In this document: one piece after another, positions 23,894-35,107 of the stretch
Position numbering within the stretch: position 1 is the stretch's first letter
Layout: every line of letters starts with the position of its first letter
Source: Microthrixaceae bacterium
GTDB taxonomy: Bacteria; Actinomycetota; Acidimicrobiia; Acidimicrobiales; Microtrichaceae
Reading direction: 5' to 3'
Assembly: GCA_049316905.1 (NCBI GenBank)
Contig: JBMOJH010000004.1
Location: forward strand, 631-64,630
Length of the DNA stretch: 64,000 nucleotides
Made by a program: the position numbers and the translations under genes
The notes under the pieces: model-generated
Seen by the model: the letters and a program-made list of their open reading frames with translations, nothing else
Told to the model about the DNA's origin: nothing
Databases searched by the model: none

Positions 23894-25708
23894 TCAGGAG
23901 AAGGACTGCCCCTCGACGGGAGCCGGCGGCGCGGACCCGGGCGCGTCGGCCGGGGCCTCGAGCAGCGCCTCGCCCTGCCATCCCGTGCCGCGCCATGACG
24001 GGTCCAGCCCCGCGGCGGTGAGCGCGGGCGCCGGGTCCTCGCCGAGGCCCTCGGCCGGTTCGACCTCCCACAGCAGCGCGGGACGGTCCCCGTGCCACCG
24101 CAGCGCCCACGACACCGTTCCCCACGCGGTCCGCAGGCCGTGCGCCTCCATCGGCACACCCCACCACGTCGGCGCCACGACCGGGAGCACCGCGGAACCG
24201 GCCGCGTCGTCGAGGGCGGCCAGGTCGAGCAGCGCCGCGAGGCGCATCGCCAGCTCGGCCACGTCGCCCAACGGGAGCCGGTCCTCCGCCCCGTCCCAGA
24301 GTGCCCGCACCGCGGCGGGCGCGGCCGGGTCGCCACCGGCGATCGCGGCGCGCGCCGCCAGCGCCACGGCCACCGGCGAGTCGCCGGCACCGTCCCACGG
24401 CCCGGCACCCTCCGGCGAGGCCGCGAGCGCCAGCGAGAGCGAGAGGGCGTCCGCGGCCACCTCGGGCTGACCCACCCGCACCAGTCCGGGGGTCACGGCC
24501 CGCAGTGCGGCCGCGGCGACCGACGCGGCCACCCCGTCGCCCGGCCCGTGGGTCCGGACCCTGCGCACGGCGACCGCCGCGGGGGCCACCAGTTCCTCCG
24601 CCGCCGCCTCGGCCCGAGGACCGGCGAGCACGCCCGCCGCCGCCCACAGCAACGCGACCGAACCGTCGGTCCGGTCCCCGAGGCGGCACCGACCCCGCAG
24701 GCCCTGCGCGGCGGCGAGGCCGCGGGCGATCGGGAGGAGCGCGTCGTCCGCTCCCGAGCGGGTGAGCACCTCGGCCACCGCGGCGGCCCGCACCGCGGCG
24801 GTGCCGTCACGGCCGACCAGCTCCCGGTCCAGCGCCGCGCCCACCTCGTCGGCCCCGGCGAGGGCGAGGAGCGATCCGGCCCACGCCACGGCGTCGGACC
24901 AGCCCGGCTCCCCCAGGGCGAGACGCGGCGCGTCGTCGCGGTGCCTGGTCCACCCGGCCACCACCGACTCGAACGCCGGCGCCTCCCACGAGGTCGCGCC
25001 GCCGTCGCCGGCCTCCGCGACGATCGACAGGAGCGGGCCCGCGGGCAGCAGCAGACGCACCGTGGCCGTGTGGGCCAGCGGCACCACCACCGCGAGCTCC
25101 GCGCGGCCGTCGCGATCCTCGCGGGCGAGCGGCGGAACCGCGTCGTCGCCCGCGGCGAGCCGTTCGGCCACCGTGCCGCCCTCGGCGCCCTCCCGGCACG
25201 AGCCGGCGACCGCGCGGGCCGCCGGACGGTCGAGCAGCACCGCCGGGCGGCCGTCCACGCGCACGACCGGTCCGTCCACCCCGGCCGACACCACCCGGCC
25301 CGGGCCGTCGAGCACCAGCGGCCGCACGACCAGCGCGAGTGCCACGGGCACCGCCGTGCGGTTCTCCACCTCCACGAGCACCGCCGGGCCGCGCCGGCCG
25401 GCCACCGTGGCCTGCACCCCGGCCACCCGCTGGACGACGTCACCGCCGGGCACCCGCATCGCGGTCTCGCGCACCGGCGTGGCCGACACCGCCTGCTGGC
25501 GGACCGCGGCCTCCACCGGCGGGTGGTGCCAGCGGTCCTCGGCCCCGATCCACCAGTCCAGGACCCACCCCGCGTCGCGGAGCTGCACCGTGCCGGCCTC
25601 ATCGACCGTGGCGAGGACGCCGGCGTCCACCGTGCCGACCGGGGACCCGGACGCGGGTCCCCCACGGGCGAGGGCGCGGGTGGGCGGTGCGGCCGGGGCG
25701 GAGCTCAT
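23894..25708 (-). CDS. Ala-rich 604-aa hypothetical protein
   Basis: The frame has coherent protein-like N- and C-terminal segments (WVLDWWIGAEDRWHHPP; WGTVSWALRWHGDRPALLWEVEP). I recognise no motif. Confidence 0.5.
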   Translation of the reverse strand: MSSAPAAPPTRALARGGPASGSPVGTVDAGVLATVDEAGTVQLRDAGWVLDWWIGAEDRWHHPPVEAAVRQQAVSATPVRETAMRVPGGDVVQRVAGVQATVAGRRGPAVLVEVENRTAVPVALALVVRPLVLDGPGRVVSAGVDGPVVRVDGRPAVLLDRPAARAVAGSCREGAEGGTVAERLAAGDDAVPPLAREDRDGRAELAVVVPLAHTATVRLLLPAGPLLSIVAEAGDGGATSWEAPAFESVVAGWTRHRDDAPRLALGEPGWSDAVAWAGSLLALAGADEVGAALDRELVGRDGTAAVRAAAVAEVLTRSGADDALLPIARGLAAAQGLRGRCRLGDRTDGSVALLWAAAGVLAGPRAEAAAEELVAPAAVAVRRVRTHGPGDGVAASVAAAALRAVTPGLVRVGQPEVAADALSLSLALAASPEGAGPWDGAGDSPVAVALAARAAIAGGDPAAPAAVRALWDGAEDRLPLGDVAELAMRLAALLDLAALDDAAGSAVLPVVAPTWWGVPMEAHGLRTAWGTVSWALRWHGDRPALLWEVEPAEGLGEDPAPALTAAGLDPSWRGTGWQGEALLEAPADAPGSAPPAPVEGQSFS

Positions 25709-25770
25709 CGGGCCGTGAGGCTACGGGGCGCCGGGTGCGCCGCCCCAACCCGGCGCGGCCGCCGCCCGGG

Positions 25771-26781
25771 TCAGTACGACAGGGCGCTGAACTCCACGCC
25801 GCCGGCCTGACGCCGGATCAGCCCCCGGTACGCCTCCTCCGCCGTGGCGCCCTCGTGGCACACGGCGAACACCTCCGAGGCGATCGGCATCTCCACGCCG
25901 TACTCATCCGCGAGCTCCATCACGACCCGGGAGGTCTTCACCCCCTCGGCCACCATGTTCATCTCGGCGATCACCTCGTCGATGGTGCGGCCCCGGCCGA
26001 GCTGCTCGCCCACGTGGCGGTTGCGGCTCTGGGGCGACATGCACGTGGCGATCAGGTCCCCCATCCCGGCGAGGCCGGAGAAGGTGGCGAACTTCCCGCC
26101 CATCGCCTCGCCCAGCCGGCAGAGCTCGGCGAGCCCCCGCGTGATCACGGCGGCCTTCGTGTTGTCGCCCGCACCCAACCCGTCGGCCATGCCCGCGGCG
26201 ATGGCCACCACGTTCTTCAGCGCGCCGGCGACCTCGCAACCCACGACGTCGGGATTCACGTACACGCGGAACAGGTTCTGGTGGAAGATCCGCTGGAGGT
26301 GCTGCGCGACCACCTGGTCCGGCGTGGCCACCACCGAGGCCGCGGCGTCACCCGCGAGGATCTCCTTCGCCAGGTTCGGACCCGTCAGCACCGCGGCGGG
26401 ATGGCCGGGGAGCACCTCGTTGATGATCTGGGTCATCCGCAACCGTGTGCCCTGCTCAAGCCCCTTTGTGAGCGACATCACCGGCACCCAGGCCCGGACG
26501 TGGTCCGCGCACGCCTCGAGCGCGGCGCGGAAGCCCTGCGACGGCACGCCCATCACGAGCACGTCCGCGTGCGACACGGCATCCGCGAGGTCGGCGGTGG
26601 CCTGCAGGTCCTCGCACAGGCGGTAGCCCGGCAGGTACCGCTCGTTCGTGCCGTGGGCGTTGATCTCCTCGGCCTGCTCCGGACGACGGACCCACAGGGT
26701 GGTGGGGACCTGCTGGGCCGCGAGGTGGGCCACCGTGCTCCCCCACGACCCGCCCCCCACGACGGCGACTCGGATGCGCAT
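25771..26781 (-). CDS. gpsA: NAD(P)H-dependent glycerol-3-phosphate dehydrogenase
   Basis: This is the C-terminal 337 aa of track ORF 25771..27228, starting at MRIRVAVVGGGSWGSTVA. It also has GALKNVVAIAAGM. Confidence 0.9.
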   Translation of the reverse strand: MRIRVAVVGGGSWGSTVAHLAAQQVPTTLWVRRPEQAEEINAHGTNERYLPGYRLCEDLQATADLADAVSHADVLVMGVPSQGFRAALEACADHVRAWVPVMSLTKGLEQGTRLRMTQIINEVLPGHPAAVLTGPNLAKEILAGDAAASVVATPDQVVAQHLQRIFHQNLFRVYVNPDVVGCEVAGALKNVVAIAAGMADGLGAGDNTKAAVITRGLAELCRLGEAMGGKFATFSGLAGMGDLIATCMSPQSRNRHVGEQLGRGRTIDEVIAEMNMVAEGVKTSRVVMELADEYGVEMPIASEVFAVCHEGATAEEAYRGLIRRQAGGVEFSALSY

Positions 26782-26806
26782 GGCGAACACCCTACGCTGC
26801 GGCGCC

Positions 26807-27427
26807 ATGGAGTCCCCCGGGTCCCTCGACGCGCCGGCAACGGCCGTCGTCGTGGTGCCGGTGAAGGCGTTCGACCGGGCGAAGGGCCGCCTCGCCGGCC
26901 GGCTCGACGACGCCGAGCGGGCCGCACTCGCCCGCACCCTGGCCGAGGTGGTGCTGGGCGCGGCCCACCCGCTCCCGGCCGCGGTGGTCTGCGACGACGA
27001 GGGCGTGGCCGACTGGGCCCGCGCCGCCGGCGCGGCCGTGGTGTGGGCACCCGGCACGGACCTGAACGGCTCCGTGTCGGCCGCCGTCGGACGGCTCGAG
27101 GGTGCCGGCGTCGGGCGGGCGGTGGTCACCCACGCGGACCTGCCGTTCGCCCGAGGACTGGCCGGGCTCGCGGCGGCCGGGGAGGACGAGGTCCTGCTGG
27201 TGGCCGACCGCCACGGCGACGGGACCAACGTGTTGTCGGTGCCGACCGGCCGCGGGTTCCGGTTCCACTACGGACCGGGTTCGTGCGCCGCGCACCGGGA
27301 CGAGGCAGCCCGCTGCGGCCTGGAGGTGCGCATGATCGACGACGACCACCTGGCCTGGGATGTCGACGCCCCCGAGGATCTCGACCCCCCGGCCGAGCTC
27401 GGCCCGTTCCCCGGGGTGCTCCGGTGA
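26807..27427 (+). CDS. cofC: 2-phospho-L-lactate (or PEP) guanylyltransferase for F420 biosynthesis
   Basis: Trimmed to MESPGSLDAPATAVVVVPVKAFDRAKGRLAG, the CofC/FbiD-type N-terminus. Its divergent arrangement with gpsA matches mycobacterial synteny. Confidence 0.75.
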   Translation: MESPGSLDAPATAVVVVPVKAFDRAKGRLAGRLDDAERAALARTLAEVVLGAAHPLPAAVVCDDEGVADWARAAGAAVVWAPGTDLNGSVSAAVGRLEGAGVGRAVVTHADLPFARGLAGLAAAGEDEVLLVADRHGDGTNVLSVPTGRGFRFHYGPGSCAAHRDEAARCGLEVRMIDDDHLAWDVDAPEDLDPPAELGPFPGVLR

Positions 27428-28170
27428 ACGGCCCCACGAGCCGCGACCTGCCCACCCCGGCCTCCGCGCTGGTGGTGGTGGCCCACCCCGACGATGCCGA
27501 GTTCCAGTGCGGCGCGACCCTGGCGAAGTGGGCCCGGGCCGGCTGTGAGATCCACCATCTGGTGCTGACCGACGGATCGAAGGGCACCTGGGACCGCACG
27601 GTCGATCCGTCGGTGCTGGCGTTCGAGCGGAAGGAGGAGCAGCGCCGGGCCGCCACCCTGCTCGGGGGCACCGGAGTGGTCTTCCTGAGCCACGTGGACG
27701 GCGAGCTCGCGCCGATCCCGGCGGTCCGGGCCCAGGTGTGCGCCGTGATCCGGCAGCTCCGGCCGGCGGTCGTGCTCGGCCACGACCCGTGGAAGCGCTA
27801 CCGCCTCCATCCCGACCACGCGGCCGCGGGCCGGCTCGTGGTGGACGGGATCGTGGCCGCCCGCGACCCGTTCTTCCATCCCGAGCAGCTCGTCGACGGC
27901 GTCAACGTGCACCGGCCCGAGGCGCTCCTGCTGTTCGAGCCCGACGAGGCGAACCACGCGGAGACGGTCGACGAGCAGGACCTGGCCGCGAAGCTGGCGG
28001 CGCTCGAGGCGCACGAGAGCCAGATGGAGACGACCCACTTCTACAAGGTGGGCGAGGGCGACCCGCTGGCCGGGTTCCGCCAGCGCCAGCGGGACCGGCT
28101 CGTGGGGGTCGGCGAGTGGGCCGGCGTCCCGATGGCCGAGGCCTACCACCTCATCGTCGACCAGCTCTGA
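27424..28170 (+). CDS. PIG-L/LmbE-family deacetylase
   Basis: GTG 27424 shares a GTGA overlap with the cofC stop. Motifs: VVAHPDDAEFQCG plus HPDH. Confidence 0.8.
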   Translation: MNGPTSRDLPTPASALVVVAHPDDAEFQCGATLAKWARAGCEIHHLVLTDGSKGTWDRTVDPSVLAFERKEEQRRAATLLGGTGVVFLSHVDGELAPIPAVRAQVCAVIRQLRPAVVLGHDPWKRYRLHPDHAAAGRLVVDGIVAARDPFFHPEQLVDGVNVHRPEALLLFEPDEANHAETVDEQDLAAKLAALEAHESQMETTHFYKVGEGDPLAGFRQRQRDRLVGVGEWAGVPMAEAYHLIVDQL

Positions 28171-28244
28171 GGGGTTCCACCGACGACCGATCTGCGGCGG
28201 TTGGACCGCGCCAGGTGCACGTCAGGATCCTCAGAACCGAAGCT

Positions 28245-29039
28245 TCAGGGCTGGAGCGGTGCGCGACCGGCGCCCGCACCGCCGGCGAAGGCCTGGGCGA
28301 TGCCCGCCCATTCCGCCGCGACCGGGCCGACCACCTCGAGGTCCAGGTCGTCGCGGTGGCGGCGCTGGGTCACCAGCAGGCAGAAGTCGACCGCCGGACC
28401 GGCGATGCGATCCGGCGCGGTGTCCTCGCCCCACGCCCACGTGGAGCCGTCGGGCGCGACGAGCTCCACCCGGACCGGGGCGGCCGGGAGCTCGAGACCC
28501 CGGACCCCGTAGCTGTAGGGGCGGGCCCGAACGCCGATGTCGGCCACGTGGCGCAACCGGGCGGAGACCTCCGGCGGCACCCCCAGCGCGTCGCGCACGT
28601 CCTGGCCGTGCGCCCACGTCTCCATCAACCGGGCGGTCACGAAGCTCATGGCGCCCATGTCGGGCCCGTACCACGGCAGGCGGGCCGACCGGTCGAGCCC
28701 GGCCGCTGCAGCGGCGAGGGCGGCGGCGTCGCGGTGCCACCAGTCCCGGCAGCCCACCGGGCCGAGCGCCCGCCCGCGGTCGGTCGCCTCGGCGATCGGG
28801 TCGACCGTGCCCTCGAGCACCGGGACCACCGCGGAGCGGAAGGCCTCCGGGTCGGTGATGGCCAGCGTGCCGTGCCCGTCGAACGCGGCGAGGTGGGCGA
28901 GGGTGTCGGCCACGTCCCAGCCCTCGGCCGGGGTGGGAGTCCGCAGACCGGCGGCGTCCAGCGGGTCGACGACCGCGGCGAGCGCGGCCACCTCGTCGGC
29001 CAGGTCGGCGCGGAGGGCGTCGAACGGGTCGGGGCTCAC
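28245..29039 (-). CDS. DinB/MDMPI-fold (mycothiol-dependent-isomerase-like, TIGR03084-type) protein
   Basis: This is the C-terminal 265 aa of track ORF 28245..29432. GTG 29039 overlaps the upstream stop (GTGA). It contains WDVADTLAHLAAFD. Confidence 0.7.
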   Translation of the reverse strand: MSPDPFDALRADLADEVAALAAVVDPLDAAGLRTPTPAEGWDVADTLAHLAAFDGHGTLAITDPEAFRSAVVPVLEGTVDPIAEATDRGRALGPVGCRDWWHRDAAALAAAAAGLDRSARLPWYGPDMGAMSFVTARLMETWAHGQDVRDALGVPPEVSARLRHVADIGVRARPYSYGVRGLELPAAPVRVELVAPDGSTWAWGEDTAPDRIAGPAVDFCLLVTQRRHRDDLDLEVVGPVAAEWAGIAQAFAGGAGAGRAPLQP

Positions 29040-29925
29040 GGCCCGCCCGACCCGCCGGACTCGTCGGCAGAGCCACCGCCCCCGGTCGGTGCCGCGGTGA
29101 CCGGGGGCTCGGACCCGCCGGGCAGGGTGGTGGCGCCCGGAACGCTCGTGGTGGAGCCCACGCCCTCCGGCGCGAAGTTCGCCGGGTCGAGGCGGGAGAG
29201 GACGCGGGCCTCGAGCTGGTTCAGGAACGTGCGGCTCGTGCGGGACGGGCCGGCGTAGGTGATCGCCACGATCAGGTCGCCCACGGCCATCATCGACCAC
29301 TCCGACACCGAGCGGCCCTCCTTGGCCACGTACGCACCGGACGCGTAGTCGGTGATGGGCGGGCTGCCCGAGCCCGCCTCCACCGAGGACTTCACGCGGC
29401 CGAGCGGGCTGCTCTGGAAGAACTCCGAGCACTGGCCGCGGGCGTCGTCGACCGAGGCGACGTAGTCGCGGGCGGCCTGCCAGCGCTCGGTGCGCAGCAC
29501 CTGGGCGATCACCGTGGCCTCGGATCCGGGGTTGGTGAACACCGCGGCCTTCTGGTTCGACAGCGGCGACGGGAGCTCCACCCGGTCGCCGCAGAACTCG
29601 GAGCCGAGCACGCCGAAGACCTTCAGGTTCGGATCACCGGGCACCCAGCCGGGCGGGAGGTCCGCGGCCTGCACCAGGCCGGCGTCGGCCTCGGTCTGGC
29701 CGGCCAGCGACGCCTGGTCGAGGCGCACCGCACCGCCACCGCCGAACTTGATCAGGCTCACGGGGTAGGCGAACACGAGGCCGATCGCGATGCCGCTGAC
29801 CAGCAGGAGCAGGAGCAGCATCACGAACCGCGTGAGCTGGTCGCCCGCGCGCCGGGCGCCGCGGCGGAGCGGCCCGGGACCTGGCGGCCGGGGTGCGGGC
29901 TCGGCGGGCCGCACGTCGGTGGCGC

Positions 29926-29929
<4 letters not shown>
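29036..29929 (-). CDS. Membrane-anchored extracytoplasmic protein (possibly PknH_C-like sensor domain), Gly/Pro/Thr-rich tail
   Basis: ATG 29929 overlaps the metG stop (ATGA). It has one TM ([21 protein letters not shown]) and a two-Cys ectodomain. Confidence 0.55.
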
Positions 29930-31683
<1,754 letters not shown>

Positions 31684-31736
31684 CCGGTTCGCGCACCGGC
31701 GGGCGGTTCGGGGGCGGGGCGCAGCCGTAGGGTGCG

Positions 31737-32450
31737 GTGGTGGTGCGGGTCGCGGGCGTCGACGGCTGCCGGGGCGGCTGGTTGGTGGTCACCGCGGCGG
31801 TCCGGCCGTTCCGACCGGATCCGGCCCGCGTGGTGCCGCACCTCGACGACCTGATCGCCGTGTTGGACGCCGGCACGCTGGCCGGGGTGGCGGTGGACAT
31901 GCCGATCGGGCTGCCCGACGCCGCGCCCCGGGCGTCGGACCGCTCCGCGCGGGCCCTGCTGGGCCCCCGGCGATCGTCGGTCTTCCCCACTCCGGCCCGT
32001 GCCGTGCTCGACGCCACCGACCACGCGGACGCGGTCCGGCGTTCCCGCGACGCGCTCGGCGTGGGCCTGCCCGTGCAGGCCTGGCACCTGGTCCCGCGCA
32101 TCGCCGAACTGGACCGCTTGGTGCGGGACGCAGGCCCCGGGATCCACGACCGCCTCTGGGAGACGCATCCCGAACTGGCCTTCGCCACCCTCGCCGGGGC
32201 CCCGCCCGCGCACCCCAAGCGCACCCGGGCCGGCCGCCGCGAACGCCTCTCGCTGCTCCGGCCGTGGGTCCCGCCGCGGCGCACGGCGCCGTCGGCCACC
32301 CCGCGCGGCGCGGCGCCCGACGACGTGCTCGACGCGCTGGTACTGGCACTGCGCGCCGCACAGTGGGTCGGCGGCTGGGGCCCGCCCCCGGTGGAGGTGG
32401 GCGACGGGACCACGGACCGCCACGGCCTGCCCCTGCGCGTCCGGGGCTGA
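31737..32450 (+). CDS. DUF429-like protein
   Basis: N-terminus [14 protein letters not shown]...AVDMPIGLP and ETHPELAF are typical of DUF429. The assignment is from memory. Confidence 0.6.
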   Translation: MVVRVAGVDGCRGGWLVVTAAVRPFRPDPARVVPHLDDLIAVLDAGTLAGVAVDMPIGLPDAAPRASDRSARALLGPRRSSVFPTPARAVLDATDHADAVRRSRDALGVGLPVQAWHLVPRIAELDRLVRDAGPGIHDRLWETHPELAFATLAGAPPAHPKRTRAGRRERLSLLRPWVPPRRTAPSATPRGAAPDDVLDALVLALRAAQWVGGWGPPPVEVGDGTTDRHGLPLRVRG

Positions 32451-32493
32451 GCACCGACCGCAAGCCGGCGCACCCGGTCCGCGACCTGATGCG

Positions 32494-32961
32494 TCAGGGC
32501 AGCGGCGGCAGCGTGTCGAGGGCCCGCCGGAGCGTCGCTGCGGTGTCAGCCATGTGCGCGTCGTCGTGGTAGCGGGTGCGCGGCCAGAAGAAGCCCTTGA
32601 GGCCGTCGCCCCGGTTCCGGGGAACCACGTGGGCGTGCAGGTGCGGGACCGACTGCGAGACCACGTTGTTCATCGCCACGAACGCACCGGCCGAACCGGT
32701 ACCCGCCCGGACCGCCGCGGTCAGACGACGCACCTGAGCGAAGAACGGCTCCACCTGCGCGGCCGGCAGGTCGGTGACCGTCTCGTGGTGCTCGACCGGC
32801 ACCACGAGCGTGTGGCCCACGAACAGCGGGGACCGGTCGAGGAACGCCACGACGTCGTCGTCGCGCCACACCTCGTGGGCGGGCATCTCGCCGGCGACGA
32901 TGCCGCAGAACACACACTCGCCGCCGGGCCCGTCGCCACCGCCGCCACCGCCCCGGGCCAT
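32494..32961 (-). CDS. HIT-family nucleotide hydrolase/transferase
   Basis: Trimmed to MARGGGGGGDGPGGECVFCGIV (CAT 32959-32961). Histidine triad is HLHAHVVPR. Confidence 0.85.
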   Translation of the reverse strand: MARGGGGGGDGPGGECVFCGIVAGEMPAHEVWRDDDVVAFLDRSPLFVGHTLVVPVEHHETVTDLPAAQVEPFFAQVRRLTAAVRAGTGSAGAFVAMNNVVSQSVPHLHAHVVPRNRGDGLKGFFWPRTRYHDDAHMADTAATLRRALDTLPPLP

Positions 32962-33085
32962 GCGGCGACCGTAGCCCCTGCCGGCCCGCTGGGCTCCGGG
33001 GACCCCTCCCCGGTGACCCCGAGGACGGGCGCACGCGAGGCTGCCATCGGGGTCGGACCCACCCCTGCCGCGGGTCCCTGGAACC

Positions 33086-33979
33086 GTGGCGCCGCCGCGC
33101 GCCACCCACCGGGAGGACCCCGTGAACCTCGACCGCCGCGCCGACGCGCCCACCGCCCTCGGCATCGTCCGGGGCCTCGACCCCTACGTGCTCCTCGCTC
33201 TCACGCCGTTCGACGAGGAGGTGGAGGTGGCCGTGCGCCCGCTCCCGCCGGATGACCGTTGCGGCGCGGCGATGCTGCTGGGCCTCGAGGCGCCGCCCGG
33301 TGCCACCACCGTCGCCGCCTCCTTCGTGGGCTCCACCGCCGAACGGCCGGCCGGGCAGGGCGAGCACACCGGGCAGCGCCACCGCATCGACGTGGCGGTG
33401 GACCGCTGGGGCGAGGTCGCCTCGTCGTTGCGGCTGCTCCGGGCCGACGGCACCCCGGGCGACGACGAGCCGGCCGCGGCGGCCACCCCGGAGGGCCTCG
33501 TCGTGGACGCCCTGCACCGGGTGCTCGACCTGCCCTCGCCCGGGGACCCGCCGGCGCTCACCGAGCTGGTCACGGCGATGTGGACGATGTGCATGACGAG
33601 CCACCTCCTCGGCGCGGCGGCCCCCACCTGGGCCGAGGTCGCGGCGTTGCACCCCGCCGGGGACGAGTCCGTCGGCGACGGGCTCCCCGACGGAGCCGAC
33701 ACCGCCGTCCCGCCGTCACCCGAGGCGCTCGCCGCCGCGACCCGCCGGTTGACCGCCGACGGCACCACGTGGGAGCGGCTGCGGCGGGCCACGGTCATCG
33801 GTCGGTTCCCGGCCCCGGAGCTGTCACCGGAGGAGGCTGCCTGGATGGACCACACCATGTACGGGCGCTGGTACGTGCAGTCCTACCCGTCCGCCGAGTT
33901 CGTGGCCGGCCGGCTCCGCTCGTGCGGCGCGACCGCCGCGGCCTCGGGGGTGGAACAAGTCGCCCGCCTGCTCGCCTAG
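33086..33979 (+). CDS. Hypothetical protein
   Basis: A 297-aa ORF with protein-like composition and no motif I recognise. The start could be GTG about 33122. Confidence 0.45.
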   Translation: MAPPRATHREDPVNLDRRADAPTALGIVRGLDPYVLLALTPFDEEVEVAVRPLPPDDRCGAAMLLGLEAPPGATTVAASFVGSTAERPAGQGEHTGQRHRIDVAVDRWGEVASSLRLLRADGTPGDDEPAAAATPEGLVVDALHRVLDLPSPGDPPALTELVTAMWTMCMTSHLLGAAAPTWAEVAALHPAGDESVGDGLPDGADTAVPPSPEALAAATRRLTADGTTWERLRRATVIGRFPAPELSPEEAAWMDHTMYGRWYVQSYPSAEFVAGRLRSCGATAAASGVEQVARLLA

Positions 33980-34017
33980 CCTCCCGGACACACCTCGACA
34001 CCCAACCCCGGAGTGCC

Positions 34018-35100
34018 ATGAGCGGCGTCACGTTCCAGCAGGTCACGAAGCGCTTCGGGGACGTGGTCGCCGTGGACCAGCTCACCCTCGACGTGCTCGA
34101 CGGCGAGTTCATGGTGCTGCTCGGTCCGTCCGGTTGCGGCAAGTCCACGGCGTTGCGGATGATCGCCGGCCTCGAGGAGGTGAGCGACGGGCTCCTCACC
34201 ATCGGCGAGCGGGTCGTGAACCACGTGCCGCCCCAGGACCGCGACATCGCGATGGTGTTCCAGAGCTACGCGCTCTACCCGCACATGACCGTGGCGAAGA
34301 ACATCGAGTCGCCGCTCGTCGCCAACAAGCGGGCCCGCGTCGACACGGCGGAACGGGAGCGCCGGGTCAAGGAGGCCGCGTCCACGCTGGGCCTCGAGGA
34401 GTACCTCGACCGCAAGCCCGGCGAGCTGTCGGGCGGCCAGCGCCAGCGGGTGGCGCTCGCACGGGCCATCGTCCGGCGCCCCGAGGTGTTCCTCATGGAC
34501 GAGCCCCTCTCCAACCTCGACGCCAAGCTCCGCACGCAGACCCGCCTGGAGCTCGTCGAGTTGCACCGGCGCCTCGGCACCACCTTCGTCTACGTCACCC
34601 ACGACCAGGTGGAGGCGATGACGATGGCGGACCGCATCGCCGTGATCGCCGACGGCCGGCTCCAGCAGGTGGGCGCCCCGCAGGCGGTCTACGAGCGTCC
34701 GGCGAACCTGTTCGTGGCCGGCTTCATCGGCAGCCCGCCCATGAACACGCTCCGGGGCGTCGTCTCGCCGGGGACGCCCGCGGCGATCACCACGCCGTCC
34801 GGCACCGTCCGGGTGGCCGACCGCGGCAGCGCCGTGGACGACACCGAAGTGGTCGCCGGGATCCGGCCCGAAGACCTCACCGTGGTCACGCCGGGCAGCG
34901 AGGGCGTGGTCGGCACGGTCGAGAACGTCGAGCTGCTCGGCCACGAACGCCACCTCGTGGTCACCTGCGACGGCCAGGTGCTCGTGGTGCGCCAGGACAA
35001 CGGCGACCCGGCCCCCGCGGTCGGCGAGGCCGTCACGCTGGCCGCCCGCCCCGAGCACGTTCACCTGTTCGACCCGGCCGGCTCGGGCCGGCTGAACTGA
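34018..35100 (+). CDS. Sugar ABC transporter ATPase (MalK/MsiK/UgpC family)
   Basis: Trimmed to MSGVTFQQVTKRFG. Motifs: Walker A GPSGCGKST, signature LSGGQRQR, Walker B FLMDEPLS, and a TOBE-like C-terminus. Confidence 0.9.
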   Translation: MSGVTFQQVTKRFGDVVAVDQLTLDVLDGEFMVLLGPSGCGKSTALRMIAGLEEVSDGLLTIGERVVNHVPPQDRDIAMVFQSYALYPHMTVAKNIESPLVANKRARVDTAERERRVKEAASTLGLEEYLDRKPGELSGGQRQRVALARAIVRRPEVFLMDEPLSNLDAKLRTQTRLELVELHRRLGTTFVYVTHDQVEAMTMADRIAVIADGRLQQVGAPQAVYERPANLFVAGFIGSPPMNTLRGVVSPGTPAAITTPSGTVRVADRGSAVDDTEVVAGIRPEDLTVVTPGSEGVVGTVENVELLGHERHLVVTCDGQVLVVRQDNGDPAPAVGEAVTLAARPEHVHLFDPAGSGRLN

Positions 35101-35107
35101 GGACCGC

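Noticed and set aside
21412-24408. Very long track ORFs that look like multi-domain giants: 998 aa here, 1034 aa at 45253..48357, 943 aa at 25339..28170 and 787 aa at 7429..9792.
   Set aside because: Only the C-terminal part of each is protein-like. The N-terminal parts run antisense or out of frame through neighbouring well-supported genes. Internal starts with sensible N-termini exist. I trimmed these ORFs rather than call them novel fusions.
28225-28245. GGATCC and AAGCTT sites 10 nt apart in a short intergenic gap, which looked like a cloning scar.
   Set aside because: There is no vector-like sequence, polylinker or marker around it. The flanking genes are intact and native-looking. AAGCTT overlaps the stop region of the DinB-like gene. 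Chance is the most likely explanation.
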